Shown here: in pieces, positions 20,047 to 29,504 of the stretch
Numbering within the stretch: position 1 is the stretch's first letter
Layout of the letters: each line of letters opens with the position of its first letter
Source of the DNA: Burkholderiales bacterium
GTDB lineage: Bacteria; Pseudomonadota; Gammaproteobacteria; Burkholderiales; SG8-39
Direction: 5' to 3'
Length of the DNA stretch: 64,000 nt
Assembly: GCA_046347635.1 (NCBI GenBank)
Contig: JAXMFT010000004.1
Coordinates: forward strand, 153,958-217,957
Notes under the pieces: generated by a model
Told to the model about the DNA's origin: nothing
The model's database searches: none
What the model saw: the letters and a program-made list of their open reading frames with translations, nothing else
Program-made: the position numbers and the translations under genes

Positions 20047-22125
20047 ATGGCGACCCAGACCCAAGCCCAGTTCTACTCGATGCTGAAGAAGGTGTACGGC
20101 TGGTACACCGGCGGCTTCATCCTCTTCATCATCGTGCTGGCGATCCTCGAGCAGCTCGGCCTGCCGCGCAACTGGATCGGCTACCTCTTCCTGCTCGCGA
20201 CCGTCGGCCTCTACGCCGGCATCGGCATCATGAGCCGGACCGCCGATGTCGCGGAGTACTACGTCGCCGGCCGGCGCGTCCCCGCCCTGTTCAACGGCAT
20301 GGCGACCGGCGCCGACTGGATGAGCGCGGCTTCCTTCATCGGGATGGCCGGGACGCTCTACCTGACCGGCTACAGCGGGCTCGCGTTCGTCATGGGGTGG
20401 ACCGGCGGCTACTGCCTGGTGGCGCTGTTCCTCGCGCCCTACCTGCGCAAGTTCGGCCAGTTCACGATTCCCGACTTCCTCGGCGCGCGCTACGGCGGGA
20501 ACATCGCCCGCTTCGTGGGGATCTGCTGCGCGATCCTGTGCTCGTTCACCTACGTCGTGGCGCAGATCTACGGCGTCGGGATCATCACCACCCGCCTCAC
20601 CGGGGTCGCGTTCGAGCTGGGGATCTTCCTCGGCCTCGGCGGCATCCTGGTGTGCAGCTTCCTCGGCGGGATGCGCGCGGTGACCTGGACGCAGGTCGCG
20701 CAGTACATCGTGCTGATCGTCGCCTACATGATCCCGGTGGTGTGGCTGTCGGTGAAGCAGACCGGCTTCCCCATCCCGCAGCTCGTGTACGGCCAGGTGC
20801 TCGCGAAGGTGACCGAGCGCGAAGCGCAGCTCATCAAGGATCCGAAGGAGATCGAGGTGCGCGGAATCTTCGCCGCGCGCGCCAAGGCGGCGCAGGAGAA
20901 CCTGAAGGGCCTGCCGGGCTCGTTCGAGGCGGAAAAGGGCAAGCTCGCCAAGGCGGTCGAGGATCTCAAGGCGAGCAATGCGCCCGCCGACCAGGTCGCC
21001 GCGGCGCAGACCGCGCTCGACAAGTTCCCCAAGTCCGCGGACGAGGCCAAGGCCTTCTGGACCAAGGAGGCCGGGCTCGCGGCGCGCGCGGCCCCGCCGA
21101 TCCGGCACGCCGAGGCGTTCCCGGGCGCGACCGAGAAAGCGCGCGATATCTCGCGCAAGAACTTCCTCGCGCTGATCTTCTGCCTGATGGTGGGCACGGC
21201 CGCGCTGCCGCACATCCTGATGCGCTACTACACGACACCGAGCGTGAAGGAGGCGCGCGATTCGGTCACCTGGTCGCTATTCTTCATCTTCCTGCTCTAC
21301 TTCACCGCGCCCGCGCTCGGGGTGATGGCGAAGTTCGACGTCTACACGCAGGTGGTCGGCTCGGCCTTCGCCAAGCTGCCCGCGTGGGTGGCGTCGTGGG
21401 CGCAGGTGGACCCGGGGCTGCTCAGCATCGTGGACGTCAATCGCGACGGCATCGTGCAGCTGGCCGAGATCGCGATCGGCGGCGACATCATCGTGCTCGC
21501 CACGCCCGAGATCGCGGGGCTGCCGTACGTCATCTCCGGCCTGGTCGCCGCGGGCGGTCTCGCCGCGGCGCTGTCGACCGCCGACGGGCTGCTCCTCACG
21601 ATCGCCAACGCGCTGTCGCACGACCTGTACTACAAGATGATCGACCCGCACGCCTCGACGCAGCGGCGCGTGACGCTGTCGAAGATCCTGCTGCTGGTCG
21701 TGGCACTGTGCGCGGCGTACGTGGCGAGCCAGAAGCCGGCCGACATCCTGTTCCTGGTGAGCGCGGCGTTCTCGTTCGCGGCCGCGGCGTTCTTCCCGGC
21801 GCTGGTGCTCGGCATCTTCTGGAAGCGGGCCAACAAGTGGGGCGCGATTCTCGGCATGCTGGCAGGCATCGGCATCACCGTGTACTACATGGGGATGACC
21901 CAGCCGTGGCTGCGCCGGGTCTTCGACGTGCAGACCCCGATGGCCGACGCGATCTGGTGGGACATCCAGCCGATCTCGGCGGCGATCTTCGGCGTGCCGC
22001 TCGGCTTCGCGGTGATCATCATCGTGAGCCTGCTCACGCCGGCGCCGAGCCGCGAAATCCAGCAGCTGGTGGACCACGTCCGCTACCCGCACCTGCGCGG
22101 GGACATCGATACCACCGGGACGTGA
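20047..22125 (+). CDS. Sodium:solute symporter family permease (VC_2705/ActP-like subfamily)
   Basis: 692 aa, more than 12 TM helices with a long soluble insertion (KVTEREAQLIKDPKE...). Paired with DUF4212. Confidence 0.9.
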   Translation: MATQTQAQFYSMLKKVYGWYTGGFILFIIVLAILEQLGLPRNWIGYLFLLATVGLYAGIGIMSRTADVAEYYVAGRRVPALFNGMATGADWMSAASFIGMAGTLYLTGYSGLAFVMGWTGGYCLVALFLAPYLRKFGQFTIPDFLGARYGGNIARFVGICCAILCSFTYVVAQIYGVGIITTRLTGVAFELGIFLGLGGILVCSFLGGMRAVTWTQVAQYIVLIVAYMIPVVWLSVKQTGFPIPQLVYGQVLAKVTEREAQLIKDPKEIEVRGIFAARAKAAQENLKGLPGSFEAEKGKLAKAVEDLKASNAPADQVAAAQTALDKFPKSADEAKAFWTKEAGLAARAAPPIRHAEAFPGATEKARDISRKNFLALIFCLMVGTAALPHILMRYYTTPSVKEARDSVTWSLFFIFLLYFTAPALGVMAKFDVYTQVVGSAFAKLPAWVASWAQVDPGLLSIVDVNRDGIVQLAEIAIGGDIIVLATPEIAGLPYVISGLVAAGGLAAALSTADGLLLTIANALSHDLYYKMIDPHASTQRRVTLSKILLLVVALCAAYVASQKPADILFLVSAAFSFAAAAFFPALVLGIFWKRANKWGAILGMLAGIGITVYYMGMTQPWLRRVFDVQTPMADAIWWDIQPISAAIFGVPLGFAVIIIVSLLTPAPSREIQQLVDHVRYPHLRGDIDTTGT

Positions 22126-22142
22126 TCCCGGCACGCGTCTGA

Positions 22143-22177
22143 GCGACGAGGCCCGCGCGAGCGGGCCTCGTCGCTTT
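22143..22177 (+). terminator. Rho-independent terminator after the symporter
   Basis: GCGACGAGGCCCGC-GCGA-GCGGGCCTCGTCGC followed by TTT. Confidence 0.8.
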
Positions 22178-22188
22178 GCGCCTCAGCG

Positions 22189-22515
22189 ATGGAACTCGCC
22201 TACCAGGTCGCCGGCATCGTTCACCTCCTGGTGACGCTCGCGCTGCTGTTCCTGGCGGGGCAGGGCGTGCTGTACGTGCTCGCCGGGCACAAGCGCGCCA
22301 CCAACCTCTTCTATCAGCTCTTCCAGGTGGTGACGCGGCCGGTGATCAGGGCGACGCGCGCGCTCACCCCGAAGGTGATCATCGACCGCCACGTGCCGTT
22401 CGTCGCCTTCCTGCTGCTCGCATGGATCTGGGTCGTGCTCGCGCTGATGGTGATTCCCGATCTCGCGTGCCAGCTCGGCCGCGTGGAGTGCCCGACCGCA
22501 CGCCAGGCGAAGTGA
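22189..22515 (+). CDS. Hypothetical small membrane protein
   Basis: 108 aa with three hydrophobic segments. No family recognised. Confidence 0.55.
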   Translation: MELAYQVAGIVHLLVTLALLFLAGQGVLYVLAGHKRATNLFYQLFQVVTRPVIRATRALTPKVIIDRHVPFVAFLLLAWIWVVLALMVIPDLACQLGRVECPTARQAK

Positions 22516-22551
22516 CGTCCGCGCGCGATTGGCTCGTGCGGGCTTTCCCCG

Positions 22552-22557
22552 TATAAT
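22552..22557 (+). promoter_or_regulatory. Candidate -10 box (TATAAT) for tRNA-Phe
   Basis: A perfect TATAAT in GC-rich context, 50 nt upstream of the tRNA. Confidence 0.35.
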
Positions 22558-22606
22558 CCGCGCGCCCTTCCGGCCCGCTCCCGCGGGCCCGGCGCGAGCC
22601 CGGCAC

Positions 22607-22682
<76 letters not shown>

Positions 22683-22711
22683 TTCCTTCGACTGTCCATA
22701 CCGATCAGATC

Positions 22712-23974
22712 GGTAACGGTTTATACCGAGGACATAGGTAACACTTTAGCCTCAAAGGGGTTTGGGGCGCACTCGACGCGACCCGATTCGTGGTCGAAGA
22801 AGCCGAGGTCGTAGTGCATGAAGCTGATGAGCCAGACGTGGTCGGCGACTTCGCGCACGCCGACGGTCTGGCCGGCGAAGGCCTGGCTGAGGTTGATCTT
22901 GCGCGAGCCGAAGCACAGACGACCGCAGCGCGTGACGGTGATGGCGCGGTCGTGCAGCGGGTAGTGGAGCTCAGGTAAGCCCTGATAGGGGCGCGGGGAG
23001 GGGCGGTAGAGCTCGGCGGGGTATTTCATCCCCAACGCTTGATGCGGGCGCTCGTGGTTGTAGCTGTGCAGGAACCGATCGAAGCGCCCCTGCTGCTGGA
23101 GGAAGTTCTTGGCGGCGGGGCGGGTAGCTTCCTTCTTCAGCGTCAGGTGCATGCGTTCGTGGCGTCCGTTTTGCTGGGGATGACCGGGGCGGATGCGTTC
23201 GATGGCGATGCCCAGACGTAGCCACCAGACCGAGAGCTTGCTCAGGCCGAAGAAGGCGCTGGTGCTGGCGAAGGGGGCGCCATTATCGGTGCGGATCGCG
23301 CGCGGTAGGCCGAAGTCCTTGAAGGCGCGCTCGAAGGCGCTGAAGGCGTAGCGCATCTGGGTGCTGGACTGGGCATCGCAGCACAGCAGATAGCGGCTGG
23401 CGAAGTCGGTGATCGTGAGCGGATAGCAGTAGCGCCGGTCGACGAGCATGAACTCGCCCTTGTAATCGGCGCACCACAGATCGTTGGGTGCGGTGGGTAC
23501 GGACAAGGCGGTGCCTTGGGCCTTGTAGCGCGCGCTGCGGTTGCGGCTGCGGCTGACCAGCCCGTGGCGATCGAGCACCGCGTGGACGGTGCTAATGGCC
23601 GGCAGATGCGGCAGATCGTTGAGCCGGCGCCTGAGCTTCTCGCGGATCTTGGGAGCGCCCCAGGAGGGGTGCTCGCGTTTGAGCTGCACGATCAGCGCCT
23701 CGATCTGCACCGGCAAGCGGTTGGCTTGCCGGTAAGGGCGGCGCGAGCGATCGGTGAGGCCCTCGAGTCCGCAGTCCTTGTAGCGCGAGAAGATCTTGTA
23801 GCCGGTCTTGCGCGAGATATCGAACTCGCGACACAGCACGGCCATCTTCTCTCCCTCGAGCAATCGGGCAACAAAACGCAGCCGCTCGTCCATCCTGCAA
23901 CACTCCCGCCACGGCATTTGGGGTACCCCAAATGCCGGAAAGTGTTACCGATGTGTCCGGAATGAACTGTTACC
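22712..23974 (-). mobile_element. IS481-family insertion sequence (about 1.26 kb)
   Basis: Imperfect terminal inverted repeats of about 36 nt, 22712-22747 (GGTAACGGTTTATACCGAGGACATAGGTAACACTTT) versus the reverse complement of 23939-23974 (about 29/36 identical). They may extend about 19 nt further out. A single DDE transposase lies inside. No target duplication was recognised. Confidence 0.8.
22721..23917 (-). CDS. IS481-family DDE transposase (integrase core domain)
   Basis: MPWRECCRMDERLRFVARLLEGEKMAVLCREFDISRKTGYKIFSRYK... HTH N-terminus, then an rve-type core (WCADYKGEF...TDNGAPF...HPQQNGRHERMH). Confidence 0.92.
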   Translation of the reverse strand: MPWRECCRMDERLRFVARLLEGEKMAVLCREFDISRKTGYKIFSRYKDCGLEGLTDRSRRPYRQANRLPVQIEALIVQLKREHPSWGAPKIREKLRRRLNDLPHLPAISTVHAVLDRHGLVSRSRNRSARYKAQGTALSVPTAPNDLWCADYKGEFMLVDRRYCYPLTITDFASRYLLCCDAQSSTQMRYAFSAFERAFKDFGLPRAIRTDNGAPFASTSAFFGLSKLSVWWLRLGIAIERIRPGHPQQNGRHERMHLTLKKEATRPAAKNFLQQQGRFDRFLHSYNHERPHQALGMKYPAELYRPSPRPYQGLPELHYPLHDRAITVTRCGRLCFGSRKINLSQAFAGQTVGVREVADHVWLISFMHYDLGFFDHESGRVECAPNPFEAKVLPMSSV

Positions 23975-24159
23975 CTTCAGTCCGAAAGGGCAGACGCCTT
24001 GCCCGCTCCGACTGCCGCAACCGCGTGGTGCGCGCGAGGCTGCGAGGTCCTCGAGCGCCTCCCGCGCCCGCGCAGTTCTAAGCCGGTTGGCCGATTTGTT
24101 TCACGACTGATTCGGAGCTAAACGCGACCATTTGTGCGCGAACTTCGGGAGGGGTGATC

Positions 24160-26127
24160 ATGGCAGCGGCTGCACGGGGGGCTCGCGCGCCCGGGTCCGG
24201 TTCCGGAGGACGGCCCGAGCGCGCCGGTCGATGGGCTCGACGGCGCCGGCCAGGGCCGTGCGCGACGGCGCTCATTCTCGGCATCGCCTCGGCGCTGGCG
24301 CTCGCAGCGAGTCCGGCGGCGCACGCGCAGCAGGCGATCACCTGGAAAGTCGTCAACCGCTTTCCGCTGCTGCGCGAGGCCGAGGACCTGGACGCGCTCG
24401 CGACGAAGCGAGAGGCGTATCTCGCGCACCCCGATCAGCGCAATCCCGAGGACCGGATCCGGCCGACCCGCTGGGACGCGTTCGAACAGCGCTACGAACG
24501 GACGCTGATCGACGGTCCCGTGACCGTCCGCCTGGCGCTGGAGGGCGCGCCGCCCGGCGCTACCTGCACCTGGTTGGTGGACGACGCCCGGCTCCAGGAC
24601 GCCGCCTGTTCCGGCGTCCTGGTCGATCTGCCGTGGACGGCGCGAACGGCGCGCGTCGAAGTGGTCGTGCACGGCGAGCGCGGCGAGCGGAGCCAGCGCC
24701 ACACCCAGACGATCCGCGTCCGCTCGCTGCTGGTCGTCTCGCTCGGCGATTCCTATTCGTCCGGCGAAGGCGTGCCCGATCTGGACTACGCGCGCGCTCA
24801 GGGGCCCGCGCTCGCCGACAGCGCCGGCAGCGCGCTCCCGCGCCCGGCGGTCTGGTGGGACCAGCGCTGCCACCGCTCGCTCAACTCCGCCCCCGCGCAG
24901 GCCGCGATGGATCTCGCGCGGCGCGACGACCACGTCCAGGTGGTCTTCGTCAGCTTCGCCTGCTCGGGCGCCGAGATCGAGCGCGGCCTGCTCGCGCCCT
25001 ATTCCGGGATGGAGAGCTATGCCCAGCTGGTCGAGCAGCTGCGCACCTACCTGCCGAACGCGCTCGGACTCGCCGCGAATCGGTCGGGCGGGTGCAGGCC
25101 TTTCGCCGCGACGGCGTACCGCGAGCGGGACTGCGCGCAGCCGGGCCGGTGCCAGCGTCCCGAACCCGACCGCAGCGACCCCATCGACTGCAGCCGCGTC
25201 CAGGGTGTCGATCACCCGGGGGGCGAGATCGGGGAGTGCGCGGCGCTCTGCGTAACGGCGGCGACCGGACTCCAGCACAATGCGGCGACCTACGTCAGCG
25301 CGTTGCCGTCGCAGCTCAACGCGCTCCTCGACCTCCTGTGCGAGTCCGCGAGCAGCACGGATGAGCTCCTCTCGCTCCGGCTGCGCGACTGCGCGCGGCT
25401 GCGCAGGCCGGTCGACGCCCTCGTGCTGTCGATCGGCGCCAACGACGTCGGGTTCGGTCCGCTCGTGCGCAACCTCGTGGTGCACGACAACGCCTTCAAC
25501 CTGCCGGGGTTCGGGCTGCGCGTCCAGCGCGAGACGGCGCTCCTGTCCGAGCGCTTCGAGGCGCTCGATCACGCCCTGCGGCGGCAGGTTGCGGCGAAGC
25601 AGGGCGGAGAGCTCGAAGTCTTCATCAGCCAGTATCCCGATCTGACGCAGTACGACGGGTCGGACGATCGCTGCGGCATTCGCGACAAGATCATCCGGCT
25701 CGAGCAGCGTTCGTTCTCGTCGTGGTGGCTCGATCTCGTGTCCCTGGGCGTATCGGAGAACGAGATCGGAGACGCCAGGGCCTTCATGATCGGGCCGCTC
25801 ACGCGCCAGGTCCGGTTTGCCGCCGGCCAGAACGGGTGGACGCTCGTCGACGGGCACATCGACGCGTTCAGGGGACACGGCTACTGCCATCGATGGACCG
25901 ACGGCGACCCGCCGCCATGGAGCAACAACCACGGCGACTCGCTCGCGCGCCAGGGCTGGCTGGCGAATGCGTACGACCAGACGGCCCGCTACTCGTCCGG
26001 CGCGATGCATCCGAACATCCTCGGTCAACGCTGCCATGCCCGGGCGCTCGAAGCCGCGCTGGCGGGAAAGCTCCTGGGTCAGACGACGCCGGAGGGCCTC
26101 TGCAATCCCCGCAGGTCGTCCGATTGA
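24160..26127 (+). CDS. Large secreted SGNH/GDSL-family hydrolase with an N-terminal extension and a Cys-rich insertion
   Basis: Tat-like signal RWARRRRPGPCATALILGIASALALAASPAAHA. SGNH block I SLGDSYSSGEG, CHRS, block II FACSGA, block III SIGANDVGF, block V GAMHPN. SD GGGAGGGG before ATG 24160. Confidence 0.75.
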   Translation: MAAAARGARAPGSGSGGRPERAGRWARRRRPGPCATALILGIASALALAASPAAHAQQAITWKVVNRFPLLREAEDLDALATKREAYLAHPDQRNPEDRIRPTRWDAFEQRYERTLIDGPVTVRLALEGAPPGATCTWLVDDARLQDAACSGVLVDLPWTARTARVEVVVHGERGERSQRHTQTIRVRSLLVVSLGDSYSSGEGVPDLDYARAQGPALADSAGSALPRPAVWWDQRCHRSLNSAPAQAAMDLARRDDHVQVVFVSFACSGAEIERGLLAPYSGMESYAQLVEQLRTYLPNALGLAANRSGGCRPFAATAYRERDCAQPGRCQRPEPDRSDPIDCSRVQGVDHPGGEIGECAALCVTAATGLQHNAATYVSALPSQLNALLDLLCESASSTDELLSLRLRDCARLRRPVDALVLSIGANDVGFGPLVRNLVVHDNAFNLPGFGLRVQRETALLSERFEALDHALRRQVAAKQGGELEVFISQYPDLTQYDGSDDRCGIRDKIIRLEQRSFSSWWLDLVSLGVSENEIGDARAFMIGPLTRQVRFAAGQNGWTLVDGHIDAFRGHGYCHRWTDGDPPPWSNNHGDSLARQGWLANAYDQTARYSSGAMHPNILGQRCHARALEAALAGKLLGQTTPEGLCNPRRSSD

Positions 26128-26290
26128 CTCGCCCTGGCGCGGCGTAGCGCGCCGTCACGGCGCCGGCGCTTCCCGCTGCGCCGCGCGCGGCTTGCCGGGC
26201 CGACTCTGCGCGACGCGTGCCGTCGCGGCCCTCGCCGGAGGACGGCCACTCGTCCGTGGCTGAGGGTCGGATTCCCGTCCTGCGGCCCGC

Positions 26291-26312
26291 GCGCGTGAAC
26301 GAGTTCACGCGC
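26291..26312. promoter_or_regulatory. Perfect 22-nt palindrome GCGCGTGAAC-GA-GTTCACGCGC (candidate activator/UAS site)
   Basis: 10-bp arms with a 2-nt spacer, about 143 nt upstream of the sigma54 -24 element. Confidence 0.4.
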
Positions 26313-26442
26313 CGCCGGGAGCGCGCCCGAACGGCCCGGCGCGACCGCTCCTCGACACCGCTTGACGGCATTCGCACACGCTGCTTCAGCGGGCGGCCCC
26401 TCCATCAGGGCGGACGTGACGCCCGGCCCCGCCGCGCCGGCC

Positions 26443-26458
26443 TGGCACCAAGCTTGCA
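26443..26458 (+). promoter_or_regulatory. Sigma54 (-24/-12) promoter candidate
   Basis: TGGCAC-CAAGC-TTGCA matches TGGCAC-N5-TTGCW exactly in spacing and at all conserved positions. Confidence 0.55.
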
Positions 26459-27243
26459 TGGAGACCGCACTCGAGCGTCCCCAGCCCGCTGCCGTGGAAA
26501 CCCTGATCCGCACCGCCTTCCAGCCGATCATGAGCGAGCGCGGGCACGTCGTCGCCTACGAGGCGCTGCTGCGCTTTCGCGAGGGCCTGGACAAGCCCGA
26601 ATCGCGCGAGACCGCGATCCGACGCTGGGAGGACTCCGGCTACATCGGCACCGTCGACGTCGCGGTGCTGAAGCAGGCGATCGCCGCGCTCGACCTCCTG
26701 CACCCCTCGCTGCTGGTGTGCGTGAACGTGTCGATGATCACGCTCGCCCGGCACGGCGAGCGCTACCTCGGCCATCTCGCCGGCGCCGGCGACAAGGCGA
26801 AGCGGCTGGTCGTCGAGGTGACCGACACCGCCGCGCATGGCGACCCCACGCGGCTGCTCGCGTTCGCGCGCGCGTGCGCGGCGCGCCGCGTGCGCCTCGC
26901 GCTCGACGACTTCTCGCCCGAGCGGCCGCAATCGGCGGAGACGGTGCTGCGGCTCGTGCGGCCGAAGCTGATCAAGCTCGACCGCAAGTCGGTCTCGGCG
27001 GCGTTCCAGAGCGTCGGCGACGACAAGATCGGAGCGATCGTGCGCGTCGCCGCCACCGTCGGCGCGCGCGTCGTCGCGCAGGGCATCGACAGCCAGGAGA
27101 AGTTCGACTGGGCCTTCCGGCTCGGAGTGCGCTACTTCCAGGGCTTCCTCGTCGGCCACCCGCGCCAGTTCCCGCTGCTCGACTCCAAGGCCGCGTTCGG
27201 CGACCTGCAGGACTCCCAGGCGCCCGCCGAGCTCGCCGCCTGA
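26458..27243 (+). CDS. Stand-alone EAL-domain protein with degenerate catalytic motifs
   Basis: FQPIMSERGHVVAYEALLRF, VNVS, VVEVTDT, DDFS, KLIKLDRKS, AQGIDSQE, FQGFLVGHP. Start uncertain: candidates are 26362, ATG 26458 and GTG 26494. Confidence 0.8.
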   Translation: METALERPQPAAVETLIRTAFQPIMSERGHVVAYEALLRFREGLDKPESRETAIRRWEDSGYIGTVDVAVLKQAIAALDLLHPSLLVCVNVSMITLARHGERYLGHLAGAGDKAKRLVVEVTDTAAHGDPTRLLAFARACAARRVRLALDDFSPERPQSAETVLRLVRPKLIKLDRKSVSAAFQSVGDDKIGAIVRVAATVGARVVAQGIDSQEKFDWAFRLGVRYFQGFLVGHPRQFPLLDSKAAFGDLQDSQAPAELAA

Positions 27244-27307
27244 CGGCCCGGCGTGGCGCCGCCGCGCCCGCTACACTCCGCGGCGTTCATCCGCCGGGGA
27301 CTCCGAC

Positions 27308-28087
27308 ATGGAATGGCTCACCGATCCGCAGGCGTGGATCGCGCTCGCGACGCTCACCGCCCTCGAGATCGTGCTGGGCATCGACAACATCATCTTCATC
27401 TCGATCCTGGTCGGGCGGCTCCCGGAAGAGCGGCGCAACCTCGCGCGCCGCCTCGGCCTCGGCCTCGCGATGGGCACGCGCATCCTGCTGCTCCTCTCGC
27501 TCGCCTGGATCATGACGCTCAAGACGCCGCTCTTCAGCGTGTCGCGCTGGGACATCTCCGGGCGCGACCTGATCCTCCTGCTCGGCGGGCTGTTCCTGCT
27601 GTGGAAGAGCGTGCACGAGATCCACAACGCGCTCGAGGGCGAGGCGGACGAGCAAGGCGCGGTCGTGCAGGCCTCGTTCGCCGGCGTGCTGCTCCAGATC
27701 GCGATCATCGACATCGTCTTCTCGCTCGACTCGGTCATCACCGCGGTCGGCATGGCCGACGACGTCGAGGTCATGATCATCGCGGTCGTGCTCGCGGTGG
27801 CGGTGATGATGCTGGCCGCGCAGCCGATCGGCGAGTTCGTCGACCGCCACCCCACGATCAAGATGCTCGCCCTGTCGTTCCTGATCCTGGTCGGCTTCGC
27901 GCTCGTCGCCGAGGGCCTGGATTTCCACGTGCCCAAGGGCTACATCTACTTCGCCATGGCGTTTTCGGTGGGCGTCGAGCTCCTGAACCTCCGCGTGCGG
28001 GCGCGGGCGGCGCGGCGCGCCCCGCGGGCGCCGGCGCTGCGGCTCCGCAAGAGCGTGCGCGGGGCCGGGTCCGACGCTCCGGATTGA
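27308..28087 (+). CDS. TerC-family integral membrane protein
   Basis: [28 protein letters not shown]... and the second repeat [12 protein letters not shown]. Confidence 0.9.
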   Translation: MEWLTDPQAWIALATLTALEIVLGIDNIIFISILVGRLPEERRNLARRLGLGLAMGTRILLLLSLAWIMTLKTPLFSVSRWDISGRDLILLLGGLFLLWKSVHEIHNALEGEADEQGAVVQASFAGVLLQIAIIDIVFSLDSVITAVGMADDVEVMIIAVVLAVAVMMLAAQPIGEFVDRHPTIKMLALSFLILVGFALVAEGLDFHVPKGYIYFAMAFSVGVELLNLRVRARAARRAPRAPALRLRKSVRGAGSDAPD

Positions 28088-28166
28088 TCGAAGTCAAGAG
28101 CGTGCGGGCGGGAAGCGGCGAGGCTATTGCCGGTGCGGAAAGCGGCGTTCCGGGCGGCCTGTTCGC

Positions 28167-28172
28167 TATAAT
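28167..28172 (+). promoter_or_regulatory. Candidate -10 box (TATAAT) only 12 nt upstream of the hemA ATG
   Basis: gcTATAATcgtcagccactt ATG, with no Shine-Dalgarno in between. Confidence 0.3.
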
Positions 28173-28184
28173 CGTCAGCCACTT

Positions 28185-29435
28185 ATGCAGCTCTTCACCC
28201 TCGGCCTGAACCACGAGAGCGCGCCGCTCGCGATCCGCGAGAAGGTGGCGTTCGGCACCGAGCACCTCAAGCGCGCGCTGGGCGAGATCGGCCGCGCGAA
28301 GCCGGTCGAGGAAGCCGCGATCCTCTCGACGTGCAACCGCACCGAGCTCTACTGCGCGGCGGGCGAACCGGGCGCAGCGCTCGCCTGGTTCGCGCGCTAC
28401 CACGCGCTCGGCGAGCACGACCTGCAGCCCTTCCTGTACACCCTGCCGCGCGAGCAGGCGGTGCGCCACGCCTTCCGCGTCGCCTCCGGCCTCGACTCGA
28501 TGGTCCTCGGCGAGCCGCAGATCCTCGGGCAGATGAAGGACGCGGTGCGCGCGGCCGCGGAGGTCGGAACGCTCGGTGCGACGCTGTCGCGGCTCTTCGA
28601 GCGCTCCTTCGCGGTCGCGAAGGAGGTGCGCACGAACACGCGCATCGGCGCGAACGTGGTGTCGATGGCCGCCGCCGCCGTGCGCCTCGCCGGACGCATC
28701 TTCCCGTCCCTGCGCGATACCAGCGTGCTGTTCATCGGTGCAGGCGAGATGGTCGAGCTGTGCGCGACCCACTTCGCGGCGCAGATGCCGCGCGCGATGA
28801 CGGTCGCGAACCGCACCCTCGAGCGCGCCCAGCACCTCGCGCATCGCCTCGGCGCGCAGGCGATCGAGCTGCGCGACCTGCACGAGCACCTCGCCGCGCA
28901 CGACATCGTGGTGTCGTGCACCGCGGCTTCGCTGCCGATCCTGGGCAAGGGCACGATGGAGCGGGTGATCAGGGCGCGGCGCCACGCGCCGGTGTTCATG
29001 GTCGACCTCGCGGTGCCGCGCGACATCGAGCCGGAGGTCGCGCAGCTCGACGACGTCTACCTCTACACCGTCGACGATCTCGGCGACCTGATCCGGGCGG
29101 GCCTGGACGAGCGCACCTCGCACGTCGCCCAGGCCGAGGCGATCATCGACGCCCGCGTCGGATCGTTCCTGCACTGGATGGACGCGCGCGAGCTCGTGCC
29201 CACCATCCGCGCCCTGCGCGCGGGCGCGGAGGATGCGCGCCGGCACGAGGTCGAGCGCGCGCTGCGCCTGCTCGCCCGCGGCGACGATCCGCGCCAGGTG
29301 CTGGAGGCGCTCTCGCACGGGCTCACGAACAAGCTCATGCACGGGCCCACCCAGGCGCTCCACGACGCGCCCGCGCCGGAGCGGCGCGAGCTCCGCGACC
29401 TCGTCGCGCGCCTGTTCAACCTGCGCGGCCGGTAG
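28185..29435 (+). CDS. hemA: Glutamyl-tRNA reductase
   Basis: [23 protein letters not shown]...[11 protein letters not shown]...GAGEM. Confidence 0.96.
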   Translation: MQLFTLGLNHESAPLAIREKVAFGTEHLKRALGEIGRAKPVEEAAILSTCNRTELYCAAGEPGAALAWFARYHALGEHDLQPFLYTLPREQAVRHAFRVASGLDSMVLGEPQILGQMKDAVRAAAEVGTLGATLSRLFERSFAVAKEVRTNTRIGANVVSMAAAAVRLAGRIFPSLRDTSVLFIGAGEMVELCATHFAAQMPRAMTVANRTLERAQHLAHRLGAQAIELRDLHEHLAAHDIVVSCTAASLPILGKGTMERVIRARRHAPVFMVDLAVPRDIEPEVAQLDDVYLYTVDDLGDLIRAGLDERTSHVAQAEAIIDARVGSFLHWMDARELVPTIRALRAGAEDARRHEVERALRLLARGDDPRQVLEALSHGLTNKLMHGPTQALHDAPAPERRELRDLVARLFNLRGR

Positions 29436-29504
29436 CGCCCCGGCCTGCGTCGCGCGGCGCGCCCCGGGCGCGCCCGCCGGTCCCGATTCCCCCGTCCGCC
29501 AGTC

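Noticed and set aside
22693-23993. Target-site duplication and longer inverted repeats for the IS481 element.
   Set aside because: The 19 nt outside the 36-nt IRs match at only about 8/19 positions. No convincing direct repeat flanks either candidate boundary.
27244-27307. Possible yybP-ykoY (Mn) riboswitch upstream of the TerC-family gene.
   Set aside because: Only 64 nt separate it from the EAL stop, which is too short for the element. No conserved motif was seen.
23975-28200. Direct repeat of the tRNA-Phe 3' end (att site) that would delimit a genomic island.
   Set aside because: A visual scan found no copy of GGTTCAATTCCGTCCTTGGCCACCA or a long fragment of it downstream. The island boundary therefore remains unsupported.
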